A program made the position numbers and the translations under genes. Source: a virus (taxonomy: Duplodnaviria; Caudoviricetes). From it: a stretch of DNA of 38,688 nucleotides. Below the pieces are notes generated by a model. The model made no database searches. It saw only the letters and a program-made list of their open reading frames with translations, and had not been told where the DNA came from. The stretch is taken from positions 1-38,688 of the IMG/VR virus record IMGVR_UViG_3300034020_000605. One strand, written 5' to 3'. This document shows positions 1 through 8,701 of the stretch, one piece after another; positions within the stretch are counted from its first letter, which is position 1, and each line of letters starts with the position of its first letter.

Positions 1-215
1 GCCAGCTCATCCCGCCACCGCTCCAGCGCCTTCGTCGCCACCGGCGCCCCGGCCCGCATCGACCACGCCCCAGCAAACCCCGGAGCCGACTGCCCCTGCA
101 TCGGCGCCCGCACCCAGCGCATAACACGCCGCCCCGGCTCCTTCAGCCGCGCATAAGCGATTTCACCCCTCAAAACCAGATTCGTACCGATCCGCACCAC
201 CTGTCGCTGTTCCAT
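1..215 (-). CDS. Probable tyrosine integrase, N-terminal fragment (runs off the left edge)
   Basis: Open frame from ATG 215 (preceded by AAGGGGG; alternative ATG 263) to the edge: MEQRQVVRIGTNLVLRGEIAYARLKEPGRRVMRW..., resembling an arm-binding beta-sheet domain. Directly beside the attP-like site. No catalytic residues lie in the window, so the call is mainly positional. Confidence 0.5.
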   Translation of the reverse strand, partial: MEQRQVVRIGTNLVLRGEIAYARLKEPGRRVMRWVRAPMQGQSAPGFAGAWSMRAGAPVATKALERWRDEL

Positions 216-355
216 CCGAACCCCCTTGGCTATGTTCTCGGCTATGCCGCCGTTGATGGTCATACGATAGCACCTGATAGAACCTGATGCAACAAAAAAT
301 AATCATGTGTCGGCAAAAAGTCACGGGATACCCAACAAACACCCCACATGACAAC

Positions 356-383
356 AAAAAAACCCCGTGATTACCGGGGTTTT
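356..383 (-). terminator. Rho-independent terminator downstream of the tRNA 3' end
   Basis: AAAACCCCG-TGATTAC-CGGGGTTTT hairpin; minus strand continues into a T run. Confidence 0.8.
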
Positions 384-387
384 GAAG

Positions 388-432
388 TGGTAGGCCGCGC
401 GGGGATCGAACCCGCGACCACATGATTAAAAG
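388..432 (-). tRNA. 3' half of tRNA-Lys(UUU), not a complete gene; att core
   Basis: Minus strand reads CTTTTAA TCATG TGGTC GCGGG TTCGATC CCCGC GCGGCCT ACCA: anticodon loop, 3' anticodon stem, T arm, acceptor 3' strand, CCA. Upstream sequence (CTATT) cannot pair with TCATG and no D arm is seen. Confidence 0.85.
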
Positions 433-512
433 AATAGGTGTTGTCTGAAAGATCGCGTTGCCGTGCAATGGATTGCGAAAGAAACGCATAGTCGGCTATG
501 CGTCCGGCTATG

Positions 513-749
513 CTATTTGTTATCCGGCATGACTAGGCGAAAGTCGCGCCAACCACACCGTATGCAAAACCGATGATTCACCGGCCAGGCCGTACCGCGC
601 GACATCATCGGGTCTGCTCGTTTCCATCGCCCGTAGATGTGCTCATGCTCGTCGCCATTGGTCCACCATACCCAGCCGCCCGTAATCGCCACCGCCGCCG
701 CAGCGCCGATCGCCAACCATTTCGCCCGTGTTACGTGGATTGAGTTCAT
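513..749 (-). CDS. Small membrane-anchored protein with HxH...CxxC metal-binding motif (moron-like)
   Basis: From ATG 749: hydrophobic WLAIGAAAAVAITGGWVWW, then HEH...FCIRCG. The longer 833 start overlaps the upstream gene and the promoter. Confidence 0.65.
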   Translation of the reverse strand: MNSIHVTRAKWLAIGAAAAVAITGGWVWWTNGDEHEHIYGRWKRADPMMSRGTAWPVNHRFCIRCGWRDFRLVMPDNK

Positions 750-755
750 GCGGCC

Positions 756-784
756 AGTATACTCCGGATCCGGATCGGCGTCAA
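756..784 (-). promoter_or_regulatory. Sigma70-type promoter, probably leaderless
   Basis: TTGACG (784-779), 17 bp, TATACT (761-756); the A of ATG 749 lies 7 nt downstream of the -10 box and there is no SD. Confidence 0.7.
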
Positions 785-790
785 CCGTCT

Positions 791-3700
791 CTATTGCCCA
801 AATCCCTTCAGCAGTTCGATCCGCTCGGTCCACGGCCTGTTCATTGCCTTCATGGCGGGATCGCCTGAACCTATCCGGATCTCCAGCGCGTAATCCCGCA
901 CCCGTTCGGCATAGTAGGCATCGGCAGCGGATGTCTCTGGCAGCATTGCCAGGTATGCGCCAACCTCCATTTTTGACGGCTTCATGCTCAGAATCTGCTC
1001 TCCACGGCCGTATCGGATGCTCGCTTCTGTCGTCAGCGATCCATCCTGTACCAGCTTGTACGCATCATCCCATGCTTGCGTCCGGACTACCGCATACACA
1101 TGCTCCCGGGGGGCCGCCTTCTCGCGCAGTGCCTCCAGGTATCCCTTGTTGCTTACCCGCAGCCTGCGCCCGATCGTGTTGCTGATGATCGGCAAGCGCA
1201 GCGCCTTCTCCAACGGAGACAGCGCCACGTCGCCGACGCCCTCGCGCGGGATCCGGTAGATCATCCCGCCGCTCATTACGTTCCACGTCTCGCGCATCAT
1301 CGGCGATATGGCCGCGCCGGCCTCCACCTGGGTCGGCGTGATTCCAATCCCCTTGGGTGTTTCGCCCGTCAACACCTGGCCCCACTGTTTCCCGAGTACC
1401 AAAATCGGATTCAGCCCCGGCAACTGGTCGGCGCCGTAGTCCAGCAGGCTTCCGACGCCTTCCTGGTTGATCATCTTCCACAGTGCGGCCGACGCAAACC
1501 GATTGGCCTCCGACAGCGGCGATGTCTCAAAGATCACCTTCGTGTGTGTGGGGTCCGTGGGGTCCCACCACAGCAGGTGTACGGCGTAATTCTCCTTGTA
1601 ATACCTCGGCACGTACTTCTCCATCTTCCGCAGCTCTTCCCCGTACCACTCGCCCCACTCGCCAAACGCCTTCTTCAGCACCTCCTTCATCACGCCTGCA
1701 CCGATGGCCGCCATCAGCAGCTTGGGCAGCACGCCATAGCGCAACGCCGTCAACGTCGTCCGCAGTGGCTCCTCCGCAAACGCCTTGGCCGACGATTGCC
1801 ACCCTCGCAGAAACGGATTGTAGAACATCACAAACGAGTCAATCGCCGTATTCAAGCGAGCCCGGTTTGCAAAATCAGGGGACCCCGCCCGCTCCTGCAC
1901 CATGCGCTGCAATTCCGTCTCGCTCATGTTCGGGTACTGATCCTTCAGGTACAGCCAGCCGGCCACCTTCCGCGTCATCTCCCCGCGCCGTGTCGGGTTC
2001 ATGTACCACTGCTTCACCGCATCCAGCGCCCGCTCGCGCCCCGTGGTGTCCAGCCCCATCCAGTTCTTATTCAGCCCATACGCGGCCGTCAGCCGCTCCA
2101 GCGCCGTCTGCGGCCCGATATTATCCAGCGCCCGCCCCACGCGCCCGCCGATCTTCTGCCCCACGATCTGCGCCAGCCGATCCTGACCCGGCTGCAAACC
2201 CTCCGGGAACGTCAGCAAAATGTTCGACCGCATCACCTCTGCGGCCTCGGGCGTCAGTTGCCCGCTCATAATGCTCTGCACGATCGGCTTGGCTCTCCCC
2301 GCATAGCGGTTGTACGTGATTCGCCCCTTCCACCCCGGCAGATTCCGGATCCAATCCTGAATATCGCGCGGCGTGTTGAGCATCGGGAAGCCGTAATTCA
2401 GATACGTGAACAGCCCCTTCTGCTTCCGCAGCACCGTGTTCACCAGCGCCGTCAACACCCGCTGGCTCGCCGGATCCGCATTGTCGATAAAGTCCACGAT
2501 CTCCTGGGGCGCCCAAAAGCTCTCCGGCTTCCCGCCCGCCATGTACGTCACCGTGCTCGCCCGCGGCCCCGTCCCCGTCACCGGCACCATCCGCTGCATG
2601 TTGGCATCCCACCGCGTCCCGGCCGGCTTGTACATCTCATCGCCGGCATCGGCCAGCAGCGCCCGCGTCGCCGCCTTCAGCTCGTTCCGGTAGGCCGCCG
2701 TGATGATAGAACGGTCCATCTCCAGCGTCGCCTGCCACGGATCTCGCGCCAGCCCCAGATACCCCTCCTGCTTGTGGATCTGCGACCCCACAGCCGCGCC
2801 ATACCGCTCGTTGAACACCGCTTCCAGCGGGTCCATCGCATCATTCACCGCCGCCACGTGCGTATACGCCGCCCGCGCCTCCATCAAATCGGCCAGCTCC
2901 TGATCCAGCAGCCCCTTCTCCTTCGCCAGCCCGATCACATACCGCTTGCGCAGCTCATGCCACGTCTCCTGCGCCTTCACCATGCCATTGTACGCCGTCT
3001 CGCCCAGGCGCTGCCGCTGCCTCGCCAGCGCCTCATTCGACGCCGCCGGGTTCATCCCCAGCATACTCGCAATCCCCTGCCGGTTCTCGGCAATATGCCG
3101 GTTCTGCAGGAACGTCTGCCACTCCAGCAGCGGCACGCCAGCATCCGCAAACACCATCCGCCCCACCTTGTCCTGCACCTCCAGCATATACCCCATCGAC
3201 CACGAATGCCGGTACCGCTCATTCTGTATCGCCGCCCGCATCCGCTCCGATGTCGCCCCTCGCCCCTGCTTGGCCGCCACCGCCGCCCGGCGCTCCAGCG
3301 GATACGCGCTACTCCACAGCATCCCCATCACCGCGTCCCGGTTCTGCCCCGGACTCAATATCAGCTTCGCCCGCAGTTGCTTCTCGTGCGCCCTATCCGC
3401 CTCGGCGATCCCCGCCATCTGCCGCTTATCCCGCTCATCGCCCACCCGCCCCAGCGTCGCGTCCACCTGATACTTCTCCCACAGATCCCGCGCCTCCGGC
3501 CGTTGCACCAGCCAACTCTGCCACAGCTTGTAATACGTCGGCGCCCGCTGCCGCATCGCCGCCGGGTTATTCGCCAGCACACTGAACGCATCGGCAAACA
3601 TCTCCGCCGGATCCTTGAAATACTCCGGTATCTCCTCCGTCCCATGCCACCAGGCGATCAACGGATTCAGCTCATCCAGCACCTGCTGCCGCGTCACCAG

Positions 3701-6700
3701 CCCACGCTTCCGCGCCTCCGCCGCGATCAACTCCCCATAGCGCGCCGTCGCCGCATCCTTCCACACCTTCAGCGCATCCGCCTCATCCTTCGCCGGCCGC
3801 TTCCCTGTCTCTTTCTCCGCCTGCCGCCGCAACGCCGCCCGCTCCTTCACCGAAGGCAACGCCGCCTCGTCATTCGGCGGCAACTCCGCCAGCATCTTCT
3901 TCGTGTATCCATTCAGCGCCGCCACATGCCCCAAAATGTTACCCCGGCTCAGCTCCCAATTCGGCACATCGTCGATCCAGTGCCCGATCTCATGCGCCAA
4001 CACATCCGACGCCATCATCGGATTCTCCGTCAGCCGCTTCTCCCGCAGCTCCGTCAGCCGATTATCGATCCAATCCCTCATCGCCGCATCGCGCCCCGGC
4101 CCGCCCACCTTCTCCACCCAGTTCGCATTTGCCCAAAGCTCCGCGTCCGCCCGCGCCGCCCTCAAATCCTCCGGGTGGAGCAGCTTAAACAGACTCCGCT
4201 TCAGCTCGATCCCGACCGGCCCCGTCCCCGGCAGCGTCCGATACACCCCCAGCGCCGACCCATGCAACGCCCGCAGCCGCTCCTTCACCTGCGGATACTT
4301 CCCCACGCCACTCCGCGCAAAATCCACCAGCTCCGGCAATTCAATCGGCAAAATGGAATACCGCGGATCATTGGCCGGCTGCGCCGTCCTCTCCGGCACC
4401 ACCCGCTGTCCCGCCGCCGCATCCCCCGCCACATCCGCCATTGCGCGCGCCCCGCCGCCAGCCGGCGTCGGCATCCCGACCTGTGCCGGTTCAAAAACAA
4501 CAACCTCCAACTCGCCACTATTCGGATAAACAACAACTACTCCGTCGTATCCACGAGACTCCAGTTGTTCCCTGATTTGTACTGATTTCGCATCAAGTTC
4601 CTGCTGTGGCCGGAGACCATGATCTTTGAAAATGCGCGTCGTGTCTATATCCGCCGCGTCTTCCCAACGAACAACATACGGGTTATTAAGCGCCACGGTT
4701 GAAGAAACCGGATTCCCATAATTGGTTGCTGTTTCTTTACGATTAGACCAGTACTGCCCCTTTCCAAAGTGCCCTTCGTCGGTAGGTCCGCTTGGCACTG
4801 TTCCCCTGTATAAAGTCATGCCGGAAGCAAACCTATTGCGAATATCCTGAATATCAAGCGCCGCCGCATCCCCCGCCACATCCGCCATCGCGCGCGCGCC
4901 GCCGCGTGCCGACTGGGTTGTCGGTGCGGTGGGGGAAGATTTGAACACGTAGCGGTCGTTCTCGCGGACTCTCCGTTCGATGTCATTTAGAATCGCATTG
5001 CGCTCTGTTGCGGATTTCTGCGATAGGCGGAATGGACTAGGGACTTCAAATCCAGATTCGTTTATGCGCTTTGCTACTTCATAAAACGCTTCCGTGTCAT
5101 ACACATCTGCAATACTGAACTTGCCTTCCGCGTAACGGTTCCATACGGCATCGCGCCATTGTTGTTCAGCCGTTTGGTAAGCTATCCGTTTGTCGGTTCT
5201 AGCGCGTGATCTATCTCTGCGCTCGCCATCCGTCATGCGGTTCATCTGCGTCAAAGAAGCATCAGGGGAGAATCCCGTTAGTGGCTTTTCTACTCCGATT
5301 GACTGCGCGAACTCTTCCGGCGTCATCAACTCCGCCGCCTTGCCCGCCGCCGTCTCCGGTTGCGACAAAGCTGATAGCTCGCTGTTGATCCTGGCTATCT
5401 CGGCTGCGTTCTTCACCGGGTACTGTCGGGCGCGATCCATTCGCTGTTGAAGGGCAAACCTCTTACCTTCATTCTCCAAGTGTTGCCGAACCGTCTGCAA
5501 CGCCCCGGAGTCCTTGTCACGCGCCGGAATAACCTCGCCATCATTCAGGTTAATTGTGCCCAGTTCGCGCCCGGTTACAGCGTGCGCCACTGTAACCACA
5601 CCATCCCGCGACACATTATAATCCAAAGTGCCCAGTCGGCGAGATCCAGAATCTTGGGCGTTCAACGCCGCAAGAAGTGCGTCGTTCCCTACACTCTCCG
5701 CCTTGCCCGCCGCCGCCGGCGCCGGCCCAAACTTCGCCCCCGGATACAACAGTTCAAACACCTGATTCAGCACCTGCTGGCGATCATAACCGCTCCGCGT
5801 CACCACCGCTCCGTCGGCCACCCCACTGACGCGCGCCTTCCACCCGTCCCGCGTTTCCTCAATCTTCACCAATCCGTTTTCGACCTGGTATCCCACATAC
5901 CGTTCCACGGCCTGGTCTATCGTCTCACCCTTCACCCGTTCCAGTACCCGCACCGGCGCTTCTCCTTCAGGCTTCCCTGGCCCGAATCCATCCGGCGTCA
6001 CGTCGGTGATGGTAGTGCCGCGGCCAGCCTCCGTCCCCCGGTTAAACAGATTCTCCTCGACCGCCCCCTCCACGCCCGGCAGCCCCGGCTGCGCCAGGTC
6101 CCCGGCCGTCCCCGTGATCCCCGCCGCCGACCGCCGCGCGATCTCCTCCCGCTGCGCCTGCGTCTGCTGCTGCTGCGCAATTCTCCCTTGCTCCGCCGCG
6201 ATCTGTTCCGGCGTCTGGCTCTCCAGCGTCAGCGCCGCCGGCACTGGCTCGATCCCCGTCACGTCCGGCACCAGCTCCTCCGTCGGTTCCGCCAGATCCT
6301 GCTCCCGCTGCGCCTTATTCTCCTGCTCCTGCACACGGTATTCCTCCCGCGCCAGGTCATAGCCCGCGTCGCCCTTGCGCAACACCCCCTGCACCATCGC
6401 GTCCTCGCCCGTCTCAAAGCTCCTCACATAGCCGTCCCGCAACTGCGTCTCATTCGCATCCTTCGACACCACATGCCACTCGCCGTCAGCCCACACCATG
6501 TCGCCGTCATTCAGAAACGCTGTGTCCACGCTCTCCGGCGGCGTAAACTTGGCCTCCGACACTCCCGCCCTCCCGGCGATCTCCTTGGCCGCCGGCAACA
6601 GCCGCGCGCGCTGTACCGGGTTCGAGGCGTCCACCTCTTGCCCCACCATCTTCGCCAGGTTCTCCACCTGCCAGCGGGTATACTTCGTCTCCTCGATCGC

Positions 6701-8689
6701 CCGTTCCTTACCCGTCAGCGAATCCAGATACCGCTCATAGTTCGGATCCGTGAAGACCTGGTTCACGCGCATCAACTGCTTCAACTCGCGCTCCGCCGTC
6801 ACCACCGCCTTGCGCTCCGCCGCTGGCAACTCCGCCAGCTCCTGCGCCCGCTTGCGCAAACCGGTAGCCGCCGGCGGTTCATTCAGCCGGCTCATGCTGA
6901 TGTCCTGAAACTTCTGCGAACTGTCCCCCTTCGCCGCATAGCTCATCCGCACCATCCCGCCGCCCAACACCTCCACAACCTTCCCCTTGATCGGGATGTT
7001 ATAAGGCTTCCCGGCCGCCGACCGCGTGACCAGCACGTTCTGTCCCTTCGAGATCGGCCACCCCAGCTTCTGGCTCGCCTCCTGTTCCAGTTGCTCCCGC
7101 ACCTGCGCCCGGTCCATCGTCTCCAGCGGCGTCGTCTCCGTCACCACCGGCGCCTGCGCCTCGGGCGCCATCGGGGCCATATCCATTACTGCGGGCGGCG
7201 TTATCGCCGCCTCTGGCACCACCGGCGCCTTCACCCTCACCGACTCCGGCGCCCACGGCACGCCCGTCCGCTTCCACCATACATCCGCCGCCGCCGCCGG
7301 CGCCACGGGCGGCCCCATCCCCGCACCCCCTTGCCCCACTACCTGCCCGGCCCCCGCTGGCCCCGCCACGCCCAGCCCTTGTCCCGCCGCTCGCGCATCC
7401 AGAGCCGCCTGCTCCGGGTTCACACTCGGCATCGGCGCGCGCTCCCCCTGGTTCCGCGCCTGCATCGCCTTCACAAACTCGCTATTCTCATTCCCATAGA
7501 TCCGCTTCAGCGTCCGCAGTATCTGCCCCTCGCTCATTCCCTGCTTGCGCATCCCGGCGCTCTGTTCCGCCAGCGATTGCGCCACCAGCCCGCGCTCCCG
7601 GATCGTCAGCTTCCTAAACCAGTTGCTCTCCACGATCGGCCGTATCGCATCTTTCGCCTGCGTCCAGTCCCTGGCTCCACCCTTCGCCGCCAGCCCCGCG
7701 CCAAACACCCCTTGCGCGATCACATCCTCCAGACTCCCGCCCTCCGCCGCCGTCAGCCCGCCGAAAAGCGCCCCGGCTGCCGGGATCCGCGCCGCCGCCG
7801 GCAACCCCGACACCGCCCCGAGACCCAACTGCTGCGCCAGCCCCATCGCCGCCGCCGTCGCAATCTGTTCCGGGTCCCCGCTATCGCTGGCCCCCAGCGC
7901 CCCCATCGCCGGCATCGTCGCCATCCCCAGCACCGGCGCCGCCGCCTCATACAGCGGACCCGCCCCGCCCAGCGCCCCGGCGCCCTGGTTCACGCCCCGC
8001 ACCACGCGTCCCACCATGTCCGTCTTGCCGGCCAGCTCGTCGGCCCGTCGTCCCCACTCCTCGCCGACCGCCTTCACGCCCCGCGCCCACCGTCCAAACT
8101 GCGTGCTCCCATCCGCCCCGGCCGTCCCCAGCTTGCGCGCCGCCCAATCCACCACATTACCCGCTGGCGTCGTCGTCAGCCCCGCGGCCGCCCGCTGCGC
8201 CGCCCCGCCGATGTCCATCAGCCCCACCTGCACATCCGCCGCCAGACTCCCCGGCTCCATCTCCGCCACATCCGGCACACCCGTCTCGGCAAAGTCAGCA
8301 ATTCCGCGCCCCACCTCCTTCGCCGCCTCCACCACCACATTCCCCGGCCCCTGCGCCGACGCCCGCGCCCGCGCCCGCGCCTCCTCCCGATCCGCCTCAA
8401 ACTCCGGGTTCTTCTTAAACTCCTCCCAAAACAGCTCCCTCTCGCTATCCGCCACATCAAACGTCCCGCCGCCCAGCGTCCGCACCGATCGCACCCGCTC
8501 CACCCCCTGCGCCTGCGCCAGAAACTCCGGCACCTGGTCCTCCGGCACATCATACAGCGCCCCCGCCGCATCCCGAAACGCCTGCACCGGCCGCGCCTTC
8601 GGCGCCTGCGCCATAAACTCCGGCACCTGGTCCGCCGGCACATCATACAAACTGCCGTCCTCACCCTGGAACGAGCGTATACCGATCAT
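791..8689 (-). CDS. Giant polyvalent protein, probable DNA-ejection/internal virion protein (ART-like domain, HExxH zincin-like peptidase, large helical C-terminus)
   Basis: 2632 aa; AGGAG RBS; three ~31-aa N-terminal repeats (LYDVP.DQVPEF); LYRG...GKGQYWS...GYDGVVV...ELEVVVF segment resembling polyvalent-protein ADP-ribosyltransferases; VLAHEIGH (HEIGH at 3980-3994); last large gene of the morphogenesis block. Confidence 0.75.
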   Translation of the reverse strand: MIGIRSFQGEDGSLYDVPADQVPEFMAQAPKARPVQAFRDAAGALYDVPEDQVPEFLAQAQGVERVRSVRTLGGGTFDVADSERELFWEEFKKNPEFEADREEARARARASAQGPGNVVVEAAKEVGRGIADFAETGVPDVAEMEPGSLAADVQVGLMDIGGAAQRAAAGLTTTPAGNVVDWAARKLGTAGADGSTQFGRWARGVKAVGEEWGRRADELAGKTDMVGRVVRGVNQGAGALGGAGPLYEAAAPVLGMATMPAMGALGASDSGDPEQIATAAAMGLAQQLGLGAVSGLPAAARIPAAGALFGGLTAAEGGSLEDVIAQGVFGAGLAAKGGARDWTQAKDAIRPIVESNWFRKLTIRERGLVAQSLAEQSAGMRKQGMSEGQILRTLKRIYGNENSEFVKAMQARNQGERAPMPSVNPEQAALDARAAGQGLGVAGPAGAGQVVGQGGAGMGPPVAPAAAADVWWKRTGVPWAPESVRVKAPVVPEAAITPPAVMDMAPMAPEAQAPVVTETTPLETMDRAQVREQLEQEASQKLGWPISKGQNVLVTRSAAGKPYNIPIKGKVVEVLGGGMVRMSYAAKGDSSQKFQDISMSRLNEPPAATGLRKRAQELAELPAAERKAVVTAERELKQLMRVNQVFTDPNYERYLDSLTGKERAIEETKYTRWQVENLAKMVGQEVDASNPVQRARLLPAAKEIAGRAGVSEAKFTPPESVDTAFLNDGDMVWADGEWHVVSKDANETQLRDGYVRSFETGEDAMVQGVLRKGDAGYDLAREEYRVQEQENKAQREQDLAEPTEELVPDVTGIEPVPAALTLESQTPEQIAAEQGRIAQQQQTQAQREEIARRSAAGITGTAGDLAQPGLPGVEGAVEENLFNRGTEAGRGTTITDVTPDGFGPGKPEGEAPVRVLERVKGETIDQAVERYVGYQVENGLVKIEETRDGWKARVSGVADGAVVTRSGYDRQQVLNQVFELLYPGAKFGPAPAAAGKAESVGNDALLAALNAQDSGSRRLGTLDYNVSRDGVVTVAHAVTGRELGTINLNDGEVIPARDKDSGALQTVRQHLENEGKRFALQQRMDRARQYPVKNAAEIARINSELSALSQPETAAGKAAELMTPEEFAQSIGVEKPLTGFSPDASLTQMNRMTDGERRDRSRARTDKRIAYQTAEQQWRDAVWNRYAEGKFSIADVYDTEAFYEVAKRINESGFEVPSPFRLSQKSATERNAILNDIERRVRENDRYVFKSSPTAPTTQSARGGARAMADVAGDAAALDIQDIRNRFASGMTLYRGTVPSGPTDEGHFGKGQYWSNRKETATNYGNPVSSTVALNNPYVVRWEDAADIDTTRIFKDHGLRPQQELDAKSVQIREQLESRGYDGVVVVYPNSGELEVVVFEPAQVGMPTPAGGGARAMADVAGDAAAGQRVVPERTAQPANDPRYSILPIELPELVDFARSGVGKYPQVKERLRALHGSALGVYRTLPGTGPVGIELKRSLFKLLHPEDLRAARADAELWANANWVEKVGGPGRDAAMRDWIDNRLTELREKRLTENPMMASDVLAHEIGHWIDDVPNWELSRGNILGHVAALNGYTKKMLAELPPNDEAALPSVKERAALRRQAEKETGKRPAKDEADALKVWKDAATARYGELIAAEARKRGLVTRQQVLDELNPLIAWWHGTEEIPEYFKDPAEMFADAFSVLANNPAAMRQRAPTYYKLWQSWLVQRPEARDLWEKYQVDATLGRVGDERDKRQMAGIAEADRAHEKQLRAKLILSPGQNRDAVMGMLWSSAYPLERRAAVAAKQGRGATSERMRAAIQNERYRHSWSMGYMLEVQDKVGRMVFADAGVPLLEWQTFLQNRHIAENRQGIASMLGMNPAASNEALARQRQRLGETAYNGMVKAQETWHELRKRYVIGLAKEKGLLDQELADLMEARAAYTHVAAVNDAMDPLEAVFNERYGAAVGSQIHKQEGYLGLARDPWQATLEMDRSIITAAYRNELKAATRALLADAGDEMYKPAGTRWDANMQRMVPVTGTGPRASTVTYMAGGKPESFWAPQEIVDFIDNADPASQRVLTALVNTVLRKQKGLFTYLNYGFPMLNTPRDIQDWIRNLPGWKGRITYNRYAGRAKPIVQSIMSGQLTPEAAEVMRSNILLTFPEGLQPGQDRLAQIVGQKIGGRVGRALDNIGPQTALERLTAAYGLNKNWMGLDTTGRERALDAVKQWYMNPTRRGEMTRKVAGWLYLKDQYPNMSETELQRMVQERAGSPDFANRARLNTAIDSFVMFYNPFLRGWQSSAKAFAEEPLRTTLTALRYGVLPKLLMAAIGAGVMKEVLKKAFGEWGEWYGEELRKMEKYVPRYYKENYAVHLLWWDPTDPTHTKVIFETSPLSEANRFASAALWKMINQEGVGSLLDYGADQLPGLNPILVLGKQWGQVLTGETPKGIGITPTQVEAGAAISPMMRETWNVMSGGMIYRIPREGVGDVALSPLEKALRLPIISNTIGRRLRVSNKGYLEALREKAAPREHVYAVVRTQAWDDAYKLVQDGSLTTEASIRYGRGEQILSMKPSKMEVGAYLAMLPETSAADAYYAERVRDYALEIRIGSGDPAMKAMNRPWTERIELLKGFGQ
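4412..4905. repeat. 47-bp direct repeats (4412-4458, 4859-4905) flanking the ART-like domain
   Basis: CGCCGCCGCATCCCCCGCCACATCCGCCATYGCGCGCGCSCCGCCGC, 2 mismatches, offset 447 bp (149 codons); both copies encode GGARAMADVAGDAAA. Confidence 0.9.
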
Positions 8690-8701
8690 GTCACTCTCCT
8701 G

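Larger units (their letters stand above)
228..512. mobile_element. attP-like attachment region (tRNA core flanked by arm-type repeats)
   Basis: GGCTATG pairs 12 bp apart on both sides of the tRNA fragment (228-234/240-246 and 494-500/506-512), a near-inverted copy GCATAG at 486-491, and 10-bp-period GATAG(C/A)ACCT repeats at 266-293. Confidence 0.75.

Noticed and set aside
388-470. Complete tRNA-Lys gene
   Set aside because: Only the 3' half is present; the 5' anticodon stem, D arm and 5' acceptor strand are missing.
163-489. 108-aa ORF across the att region
   Set aside because: Runs through the tRNA fragment, terminator and arm repeats and overlaps the probable integrase start in another frame.
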